A DNA stretch of 64,000 nucleotides from Schmidtea polychroa (Eukaryota). The notes beneath the pieces were generated by a model. It had not been told where the DNA came from. It saw only the letters and a program-made list of their open reading frames with translations, and did not search any database. Positions 49,144-61,100 of this stretch are shown here, piece after piece (position 1 is the first letter of the stretch; the number at the start of each line of letters is the position of its first letter). A program made the position numbers and the translations under genes. The stretch spans positions 126,790,001-126,854,000 of the forward strand of contig CM097886.1 in assembly GCA_044892525.1 (NCBI GenBank), read 5' to 3'.

Positions 49144-52100
49144 TAATAATAATAATAATTTCTTTTGTGATGGTCCGATAATATATTTTTACCAAAGCAA
49201 TATTCCAAAATATCCAAATGATATGATCGAATATTTAGAAATTTGTTTATTTAAATAGCCAAAAATGGCAGCCGGTGAAATGATCAGCACCGATGGGAAT
49301 CAACAGCCGGAAAATTTCTGAATCATTTGAAGTGTGCAGCACGTGTGGGATCCTGGGAATGCTATATAAATAGATTTGTTATGACTGGTTTACTCGCCTA
49401 CCTACACAGTACCAATGGTGGCGGCAACATTTTGACTTAAAANNNNNNNNNNNNNNNNNNNNNNNNNNNNNNNNNNNNNNNNNNNNNNNNNNNNNNNNNN
49501 NNNNNNNNNNNNNNNNNNNNNNNNNNNNNNNNNNNNNNNNNNNNNNNNNNNNNNNNNNNNNNNNNNNNNNNNNNNNNNNNNNNNNNNNNNNNNNNNNNNN
49601 NNNNNNNNNNNNNNNNNNNNNNNNNNNNNNNNNNNNNNNNNNNNNNNNNNNNNNNNNNNNNNNNNNNNNNNNNNNNNNNNNNNNNNNNNNNNNNNNNNNN
49701 NNNNNNNNNNNNNNNNNNNNNNNNNNNNNNNNNNNNNNNNNNNNNNNNNNNNNNNNNNNNNNNNNNNNNNNNNNNNNNNNNNNNNNNNNNNNNNNNNNNN
49801 NNNNNNNNNNNNNNNNNNNNNNNNNNNNNNNNNNNNNNNNNNNNNNNNNNNNTTCCAATTTAGAAGCCGTCTATGTGACTGGACGTGGAATTCAACCAAA
49901 AGGTCTAAGAGTTAATGAACCAACAGAATTTGTTGTTCACACAGAAAATGCAGGTCCAGGCAAAGTACAAGCGAAAGTTGTTGGACCAGGTAAATATTTG
50001 ATTCACATATTTATCCAACAAATATAATTATAATTCAAGGAGGCTTCAATGAATCTGTAAAAATAATTCCAAACAATGATGGTACATATTTATGCGAATA
50101 CAAACCTACGAAAGTTGGCCAATATGTCGTGATCGTTGAGTTTGGCATTGGTCAAGTCCCGAAAAGCCCATTCAAAGTCGATGTATCTGGAGTGTCCAAA
50201 TCAAAAGTAATTGCATATGGGCCAGGATTGAAATCAGGAATTGTTAATACTCCGGCTCCTTTTACGGTGGAATCTCACGGATCTCCAGGAGAATTAGGTG
50301 AGAATGATTCATTTATTTTGGTTTCAAATATAATTTCGATTAGGATTTGCGATTGAGGGACCAAGCGAGGCCAAAATAACTTGTGCTGACAATGGAGATG
50401 GAAGTGCGGCTGTTCAGTATTTACCAGTACTCCCTGGAGAATATGCAGTACATGTTCTATGTAATAAGGAAGATATTAAAGGTTCCCCATTTATGGCAAA
50501 AATAAGTGACTTGCCAACAGTGAAATTCGATGCAACAAAGGTTTAAATAAACATTCAATCGTGACTCCTTTTATCCTTTGGTAAATTTTAGGTGAAAGCA
50601 TTCGGTCCGGGGCTGGAGCCAAAGGGAGTTCAAATTAATAAAGAAACCAATTTTACAATTGATATAAAGAATGCTGGTGCACCGGCGGAAGTCAAGACAT
50701 GGTGCATTGACATCAATGGAAATGAAGTTCCAATAAAGATAACGGACAACCGCAACAGCACATTCACATGCACTTATACAACCAAATTTATTGGAAAACA
50801 TACCATTTACATAAGCTATGGAGGATTCCAAATTCCTTCTAGTCCATATAAAATAGATGTTTCTGGAGAAATCACTACCGGGAATGTAATTGCATCTGGA
50901 TCCGGTCTAGAATCGGCGACTGTTGGGAAACCAGCAACATTTATAATTGACACTAAACCAGTTGGAGGGGACACTGGACCCATAACTGTTGAAATTATGA
51001 CCGAAGATAAAAAGAAAGTTCCTTTCCAATCAAAGGATAAAGATGGAATTCGTGAGATTCAATATACCGCCACTGGGACATTCCAAACCAAATATACAAT
51101 ACAAATATCTTACAAAAACAAACCAATCAACAACAGCCCATATATTGTACCAATTTATACAACTTCTGTTACAGGTTAATTCTCATTCCAATATTGTCGG
51201 CTATTAACCTATTATATAGGAGCTGCGTACGCAACGGGCCGAGGCATTCAACCGAAAGGCATTCGAGTTAATGAAGAAGTCACCTTTTATGTGCACACGG
51301 AAAAAGCTCCTCCAAACGGAACCGTCAAAGCGAAATTAATTGGGCCAGGTAAATTTGTTTATATGAATTTATTTCTATATTACTTTTAGGAGGTGTTCAA
51401 GGAACAATTAATATCACAAAGGAATCTGCTAATGTTTTCAAATGCCAGTACAAACCCACAAAGATTGGAAGTTATGTTATTACAGTAGACTATAACAACA
51501 CTCCAGTAACCGGAGGTCCATTCAAAGTCCAAGTTGATGCAGAAATTCAATCAAAAATTAAAGCCTACGGTCCAGGATTAGAGAAATGTGTCGTCGGAGT
51601 TCCAGCTCCATTCACTGTGGAGACCAACTATGAAAATACTCAATTAGGTTTTGCAAAATGATGGATTTATTCAAGTTTACTTGATTTTGTAGGGTTTGCT
51701 ATAAACGGTCCTGGTGAGGCAAAGGTTGACTGCAAAGATAACGGAGATGGCAGCGTATCTGTGGTCTATCATCCCACAAAACTCGGAGAGCATGCAGTCC
51801 ATATCACAGCCAATGAACAAGATATCCCAAAATCCCCTTACATGGTCATGGCAACGGAAATTATTACACCGAAAGTTGACACCAATAAGGTTACTAGCTA
51901 CCTTTACATTTATTTATTACAAAGCTAAATATTCAGATTAAAGTTTTTGGACCGGGAATTGAGCCGACTGGTAATGTGGCAGGAAAACAAACAAACTTTA
52001 CAGTTGACGCCAAAGCATACAAGGACAAGAAACCAGTTGAGGTAAACTGTTTCGACAGTGATGGCATAGCCATCCCAGTTCAGGTGGTGGAAAATCCAGA

Positions 52101-55100
52101 TTTCACCTACTCGTGCATATACACTCCATTGACACCTAAGAAACATACAATTTACGTTTCCTATGCCGGGTATGAAGTACCCAACAGCCCTTACAAAGTA
52201 AATTTGTAATCAAGCAATTTTAATTAGATTAATCATAAAACCAGGTAAACATTGCACCAGGTCAAATTGGCAGTGTAAAAACAAGCGGCCCAGGTTTAGA
52301 GAAGGCCACGGCTCAACAGCCCACATATTTTATTATTGATACAACAGAAGTTGGATCACAAACAAGCGCACTTTTCATTGACATAAAGATGAGTAAGGGT
52401 CAACAGGTACCATTCAATTCAAAAATTACAAAGCCAGGAATCTGTGAAATTTCCTACACTCCTGTTAGCAAAGTTGATGACACCCTCACCATAACTGTAA
52501 ATTATCAGTCAGAACCAGTTAAAGGAAGTCCATTTAAAGTTAAAGTTTCTAGCACTGGAACAGGTAGCAGTGGTGATAACATTTGAATATTGAAATTGAT
52601 GAAAAACCTTAGACACATCAAGCGGAAGGGTTTATGTTACTGGAAAAGGAGTCCTGCCAAAAGGAGTCAAAACCAATGAACCAGTATCCTTTAAAGTCCA
52701 CACTGAAAAGCCGACGTCTAATGATAATCTAAAAACAAAAATTGTTGGACCAAGTACAAAATTTAAAACTTTATTCATTTAGACTTGCTTACTTAATTAG
52801 ACGGGATCCCGGTAACAGTACAAACGAAAAAGCTAACACCAGAAGTATACGAATGCCAATATAGCAGTCCATTGGAGGGAATGCATATTGTCTCCGTAGA
52901 TTTCAATGGCAAACCTGTGGATAAGAGTCCATTTAACGTATAGATAAAAATTAAAATCTCATTATTATTTCCCATATATATATATATAGGTAACACTTAG
53001 TCCTCAAAAGCCATCAAATATCAAAGCATACGGTCCAGGATTAGAAGGAGGAGTGGTGAATGTCCCTGCGGTTTTCACTGTCAATCCGAATGGCGAAACA
53101 TCAAAACTTGGTGAATGCAACATATACCAATAAGCTTTATATTAATAATACTTAGATTTCCAAATTGAAGGGCCAAAGGAAGCCAAGATCACTTGTAAGG
53201 ACAATGGAGATGGGACAATTGGAGTACAATATCTTCCAGTTGAAAAGGGAGAATACATAGTCCATGTTTTGTCTAATAACGAAGAGATTCCTAAGTCTCC
53301 ATTTGTCGTTGACATAGAGAATGCACCTGAAAGCAGCGTCCACCCAGAAAAGGTTCAAATTGTAAACTGCATTGTGTATTGTAACAAATCTAATTCTAAA
53401 GGTAAAAGCATACGGACCTGGTTTGCAAACCCCTGGGGTTGTTATAAGCAAACCAACTCAGTTTACTGTTGACGCCACTCAAGCAGGACCATTAAAACCT
53501 GTGATGGTTAAGTGCTACGATAAGGACGGTAACTTAATTCCAATTCAAACGTCACCAGTGTCGAATCAAGTAACAACAAACACATACAACCCAACAAATC
53601 CAGGCAAACATATGATAAGTGTCGCATATGGAGGAGTGCAAATTTCTAACAGCCCATTTACGGTAATTTACACACTGAGTGATTTTGTAAATGAAAGAAT
53701 CTATCAGGTTAATGTCGGACAACAAACAACCACCGATGTTGTAGCGTACGGTCCAGGTCTGACAGCGGCAGAACAAAACATTCCCACGAGTTTTACTGTA
53801 GATGCGACTGGAATCAACGGCAATACGAGCCGGATCCAACATTCTATTGTTGATGAGAAAAACCAAAAACTGCCAACAAAAGCGACAGAAATTGCTCCAG
53901 GAAAGCAAGAAATTTCGTATACTCCTAATAAGCCAGGAGTCAAAACCTTTACTGTGAATGTTACCTACGACAACAAACCAATCAAAGGAAGTCCATTCAA
54001 AGTCCCAGTGCAACCGAAAAAAGATAAAGATGGTATAATCACATTTTGAAACAGAAAATCTATTATAATTCACTCTAGTAACCGTAACTGGACGAGGAAT
54101 CCAACCAGTCGGTCTGAGAGTTGATGAAAAAGTCAGTTTTAATGTAGAAAGTAACGAACCAGTTGCCGTAAATGATTTCAAACCAAAGATCGTCGGACCA
54201 GGGGGAGTTCAAGACAAACCAACCGTCACCCAAGTCTCACCCAATAAGTTACAATGCACATACGTTCCATCGAAAGTAGGAAATTATTCCATTATCACAG
54301 ACCTAGAAGGGAAACCAATTGATAAATCACCATTCAAGGTAAATGAAATAGACAATAAATAAAAATTAATTAATATAAAGGTTGACATTGCTCCAAAATC
54401 AAAATCCTTAGTGAGAGCATTCGGATCGGGTCTAGAAGGAGGTCAAGTAAAATCCCCAGCAATATTCTTCGTTGAAACAAATGGAGAAACTGGGAAAATT
54501 GGTACAATAATTAAGACTATGGAAAGATAACATAATTATGCATTTCTTTAAGGATTCGAAGTCAAAGGTCCGAGTGAAGCAAAATTGTCATGCACAGATC
54601 TTGGAAATGGAAAGATTCAAGTCGAATATCTACCAGAATTGCCTGGAGAATACAGCGTTAGAGTTCTTTGCAATGATAATGATATCCAGAACTCTCCATT
54701 CATGGTACCCATCACTCCAGCTTTGTTAGACAAATGCGATCTAACCAAAGTTTGAGATCAGTTATAATAAATATGGCTTAATATTAATTTCCAGGCCAAA
54801 GTATTTGGACCAGGAATCGAATCGAAACCTTTACCAGTTGACAAAGAGACCACGTTTACAGTGGATACTCTAGATTGTGGACCAGTATCACCAGCAGTTG
54901 CTAAATGTTACGACAAACAAGGAAATGTGGTCCCTGTAAAATCAACGAAACAACCAAACGGATTAGAAACATTTGCGTATACTCCAAAAAGAAATGAGGA
55001 TCATGTTGTTCAAGTCTTGGTCGATAATAAAGAAATTCCGAAGAGTCCATTCAAAGTGATACATACGAATGTATTGTAAGTTCATAACGCATTTATTGTC

Positions 55101-58100
55101 AGGTCAATATTGGCCCAACTACTGACAAAGAAGTAACCGCTTACGGACCAGGTCTAACCAGTGCTGAACCGAATACCCCAACAAGTTTTGTGGTCGACGC
55201 AACCGCTATCAATGGTACTACAAATAAGATAAAGCACTCGATTGTTGATGATAAAAACCGAACTGTCCCAACAAAGACATCAGACATTGCTCCTGGTAAA
55301 CAAGAGATTTCATATACACCTTCGAATGCCGGAATTGCAAACGTCACTGTGAATGTATCATATGATGACAAACCAATCAAAGGAAGTCCATTCAAAACCC
55401 CAGTTCAGCCGAAGAAAGACAAAAATGGTAACTTGATAATGAAACTTCACTATTATTAATCCTTGGATGTAGTGACTGTAAGTGGTCGTGGGGTTCAGCC
55501 GATCGGATTGAGGGTCGATGAGATTGTGAATTTCACAGTTGAGTCAGATGTACCTATTGATGCTAAAGATTTGAAACCAAAGATTATCGGACCCGGGGGA
55601 GTTCAAGACAAACCAACCGTCACCCAAGTCTCACCCAATAAGTTACAATGCACATACGTTCCATCGAAAGTAGGAAATTATTCCATTATCACAGACCTAG
55701 AAGGGAAACCAATTGATAAATCACCATTCAAGGTAAATGAAATAGACAATAAAAAAAAATTAATTAATATAAAGGTTGACATTGCTCCAAAATCAAAATC
55801 CTTAGTGAAAGCATTCGGATCGGGTCTAGAAGGAGGTCAAACAAAATCCCCAGCAATATTCTTCGTTGAAACAAATGGAGAAACTGGGAAAATTGGTAAA
55901 TTATTTCCTATTTTATAATAATTTCCTACTATATCATTTATTTTTGTAATCCTTGAATCTTCATTTTCTTTCCTAATATTCCACGATCCTGTGAGACAAT
56001 CTGTGCTTTCAGGGCGATAGGGGTAATGGTTGAGGAGGCTGAATCGTAAGAGATTTTCTTTCTTCTATAAAATACATAGAGATAGTTTGTTTCTTCTTAA
56101 AGGCACGAAAACCTCTCAATAGTTGCATGCGTTGAATATCTCTTTGACTGGGTCTGTAGTAGCTTTAGACCTACTAAAGGCTCGTAAACGAAAACTCAAA
56201 ATGATGGAATTAGCAATTAAAACTGGAAGGTGTTAATTTCGAACTCCTTTCTAACCTTAGAGAAATTTGGAGAAATTTCATCAAACCTCCAAGAATAACA
56301 ACGATAATAGTGCAAGCTTCTACAATAAATTTTGCATTTCTATCACAATACCAGAGCAGATTCAAATATCAAGAGTGATTCCGGTCTACAAAGAGATCCA
56401 GGTCGTCTTTTCTCAAATTGAATTGGCCATTGAATAAATATGGGTTCATTTATTCATTCTTTATCATTCGAATGCTTTCTTTATCACTCCCAATGAATAT
56501 TATTCTTGGTGGAATTTCCTTTAGGAATGGTTACTCTGGCAAATATAACTTTTGGGGCGAATTTGGTTCCATTACCCGTAACACCTAATACCACTGTCGA
56601 ACCCCACTTTCCAATCTAGATTTGCCAGAGTAACCATTCCTAAAGGGAAATTCCACCAAGAATAATATTCATTGGGAGTAATAAAGAAAGCATTCGNNNN
56701 NNNNNNNNNNNNNNNNNNNNNNNNNNNNNNNNNNNNNNNNNNNNNNNNNNNNNNNNNNNNNNNNNNNNNNNNNNNNNNNNNNNNNNNNNNNNNNNNNNNN
56801 NNNNNNNNNNNNNNNNNNNNNNNNNNNNNNNNNNNNNNNNNNNNNNNNNNNNNNNNNNNNNNNNNNNNNNNNNNNNNNNNNNNNNNNNNNNNNNNNNNNN
56901 NNNNNNNNNNNNNNNNNNNNNNNNNNNNNNNNNNNNNNNNNNNNNNNNNNNNNNNNNNNNNNNNNNTCATTAAAAATATCTGTTAAGTCGAAAAAAAGAA
57001 TTTGGATGAAAAAAATGTTGTGAACCTTTTTAGTTTCAATTAGCGAAGGGATAATGGGAGATATTCTCTATTTATATGTAAAATATTCTCTACGGAATTT
57101 CCTAGGTGGCATCATGCACTGAAAATGCCACAATAATTCCCATGTGCTGAACACATCACTCCATCTAGGCAAGTGCGACTAAGTGGTTCGGTGTAATTGG
57201 ATATTAGTATTTCCCGTGTTACATATTCACTGAATTTGCATCCCAGAATTGGTATCGGTGAACATTCATATTAACCGGGCTGCTCGGTACATTTCCCATT
57301 CTAGACATCTGATCTATTACCTATCCCTTTCACATTTAGCATTTTCACCCGTTAGATTTCTTATTATGGATTTACATTGGGTTTGCAAACAAAATGTCTC
57401 AGTACATAAAAGTTCGTGTTGGAGTCCCTAGGGAGAGGAGGGCCAGTAAGGCGACAAATAATTCTACATTTTATATTTTATAATAATTTTCAAAAGCTAA
57501 TAAATAATGAACATTTGTTGGCAAAAAAACTATAACTGTGTGACTTAACTATGAAGGCAAATGGCCGCTCATTCCAATTCGATGGCGCGGAGGGAATCAT
57601 TTGGTTCACAAACATGACACAAAAGAAAGAATGTAGTCACATATCCATAAGATACAGAAACAGAAATTTTGCCAATTGAATGAATTCTAGATTGGCTGTT
57701 TGTCCAATACCTACCAATCCCTCATCTCGCTGCCCCTCATTACAGTACCCCACGACATCTAGGTTTACCAACGTAATTTAGGATGCAAATAATGTAACTT
57801 GACAGCAACAAATGAGCGGTGCGCAAGGAAATTAAATCCAAAAGAGGGACAAATAGTCAGAAAAATTACCATATGCCCACCAGAAGGTGGAAGTATTTCA
57901 CAAACGATATTGATAAAGATTTCTTTGCTGCCCTTCAGCAATATTTGATTCAGATTTCCCGAACATTTCATTCAGATTTCTTTGAAATCTTTTGACTAAA
58001 ATCTATTAAAATATATATACTAGAACATAGGCGATTAAATCAGTTAAATATCAAGTGGAATTGATAGAATTTGCTTTCTTCAATACTAGGACACTTTCTG

Positions 58101-61100
58101 GACTACGATCGGTAAATGCTTAAGAAACATTCAAATCCTTGAAATGGAAGGAATTCACTTTTAAACAACATTTAGTTAACTGTCGTAGGGGGGCGGAAAC
58201 TATATTTTTTATCATTGAAGGATAAATACACCTTATAACCAGAGATTCAATGAAGTGTTTTAATTAGTAAAATACTTAAGGATTCGAAGTCAAGGGTCCG
58301 AGTGAAGCTAAATTGTCATGCACAGATCTTGGAAATGGAAAGATTCAAGTCGAATATCTACCAGAATTGCCTGGAGAATACAGCGTTAGAGTTCTTTGCA
58401 ATGATAATGATATCCAGAACTCTCCATTCATGGTACCCATCACTCCAGCTTTGTTAGACAAATGCGACCTAACCAAGGTTTGAGATCAGTTAGAATAAAT
58501 ATGGCTTAATATTAATTTCCAGGCCAAAGTATTTGGACCAGGAATCGAATCGAAACCTTTACCAGTTGACAAAGAGACCACGTTTACAGTGGATACTCGA
58601 GATTGTGGACCAGTAACACCAGCAGTTGGTAAATGTTACGACAAACAAGGAAATGTGGTCCCTGTAAAATCAACGAAACAACCAAACGGATTAGAAACAT
58701 TTGCGTATACTCCAAAAAGAAATGAGGATCATGTTGTTCAAGTCTTGGTCGATAATAAAGAAATTCCGAAGAGTCCATTCAAAGTGAGACATATGAATAT
58801 ATTGTCAGTTCATAACACATTTCTTGTCAGGTCAATGTTGGCCAAACTACTGACAAAGAAGTAACCGCTTACGGACCAGGTCTAACCAGTGCTGAACCGA
58901 ATACCCCAACAAGTTTTGTGGTCGACGCAACCGCTATCAATGGTACTACAAATAAGATAAAGCACTTGATTGTTGATGATAAAAACCGAACTGTCCCAAC
59001 AAAGACATCAGACATTGCTCCTGGTAAACAAGAGATTTCATATACACCTTCGAATGCCGGAGTTGCAAACGTCACTGTGAATGTATCATATGATGACAAA
59101 CCAATCAAAGGAAGTCCATTCAAAACCCCAGTTCAGCCGAAGAAAGACAAAAATGGTAACTTGATAATGAAACTTCACTATTATTAATCCTTGGATGTAG
59201 TGACTGTAAGTGGTCGTGGGGTTCAGCCGATCGGATTGAGGGTCGATGAGATTGTGAATTTCACAGTTGAGTCAGATGTACCTATTGATGCTAAAGATTT
59301 GAAACCAAAGATTATCGGACCCGGGGGTGTTCAAGACAAACCAACCGTCACACAAGTATCACCCAATAAGTTACAATGCACATACGTTCCATCGAAAGTA
59401 GGAAATTATTCCATTATCACAGACCTAGAAGGGAAACCAATTGATAAATCACCATTCAAGGTAAATGAAATAGACAATAAATAAAGATTAATTAATTTGA
59501 AGGTTGACATTGCTCCAAAATCAAAATCCTTAGTGAGAGCATTCGGATCGGGTCTAGAAGGAGGTCAAGTAAAATCCCCAGCAATATTCTTCGTTGAAAC
59601 AAATGGAGAAACTGGGAAAATTGGTACAATAATTAAGACTATGGAAAGATAACATAATTATGCATTTCTTTAAGGATTCGAAGTCAAAGGTCCGAGCGAA
59701 GCAAAATTGTCATGCACAGATCTTGGAAATGGAAAGATTCAAGTCGAATATCTACCAGAATTGCCTGGAGAATACAGCGTTAGAGTTCTTTGCAATGATA
59801 GTGATATCCAGAACTCTCCATTCATGGTACCCATCACTCCAGCTTTGTTAGACAAATGCGATCTGACCAAAGTTTGAGATCAGTTAGAATAAATATGGCT
59901 TAATATTAATTTCCAGGCCAAAGTATTTGGACCAGGAATCGAATCGAAACCTTTACCAGTTGACAAAGAGACCACGTTTACAGTGGATACTCGAGATTGT
60001 GGACCAGTAACACCAGCAGTTGCTAAATGTTACGACAAACAAGGAAATGTGATCCCTGTAAAATCAACGAAACAACCAAACGAATTAGAAACATTTGCGT
60101 ATACTCCAAAAAGAAATGAGGATCATGTTGTTCAAGTCTTGGTCGATAATAAAGAAATTCCGAAGAGTCCATTCAAAGTGAGATATATGAATGTATTGTC
60201 AGTTCATAACACATTTATCGTCAGGTCAATGTTGGCCCAACTACTGACAAAGAAGTCACCGCTTACGGACCTGGTCTAACCAGTGCTGAACCGAATACCC
60301 CAACAAGTTTTGTGGTCGACGCAACCGCTATCAATGGTACTACAAATAAGATAAAACACTCGATTGTTGATGATAAAAACCGAACTGTCCCAACAAAGAC
60401 ATCAGACATTGCTCCTGGTAAACAAGAGATTTTATATACACCTTCGAATGCCGGAGTTGCAAACGTCACTGTGAATGTATCATATGATGACAAACCAATC
60501 AAAGGAAGTCCATTCAAAACCCCAGTTCAGCCGAAGAAAGACAAAAATGGTAACTTGATAATGAAACTTCACTATTATTAATCCTTGGATGTAGTGACTG
60601 TAAGTGGTCGTGGGGTTCAGCCGATTGGATTGAGGGTCGATGAGATTGTGAATTTCACAGTTGAGTCAGATGTACCTATCGATGCTAAAGATTTAAAAGC
60701 AAAGGTTGTTGGACCAGAGGGTATTCAAGACAAACCAACCGTCACACAAGTATCACCCAATAAGTTACAATGCACATACGTTCCATCGAAAGTAGGAAAT
60801 TATTCCATTATCACAGACCTAGAAGGGAAACCAATTGATAAATCACCATTCAAGGTAGATTGAAACATTTTAAACTTCACCATTATTATGTACATAGGTT
60901 GATGTGGCACAGAAATCAAAGTCACCAGTAAAAGCATTCGGATCGGGTCTAGAAAGGGGTCAAGAAAAGTCTCCTACAATTTTCTTTGTAGAAACAAATG
61001 GAGAAACTGGGAAAATTGGTACAATAATTAAGACTATGGAAAGATAACATAATTATGCATTTCTTTAAGGATTCGAAGTCAAAGGTCCGAGTGAAGCAAA

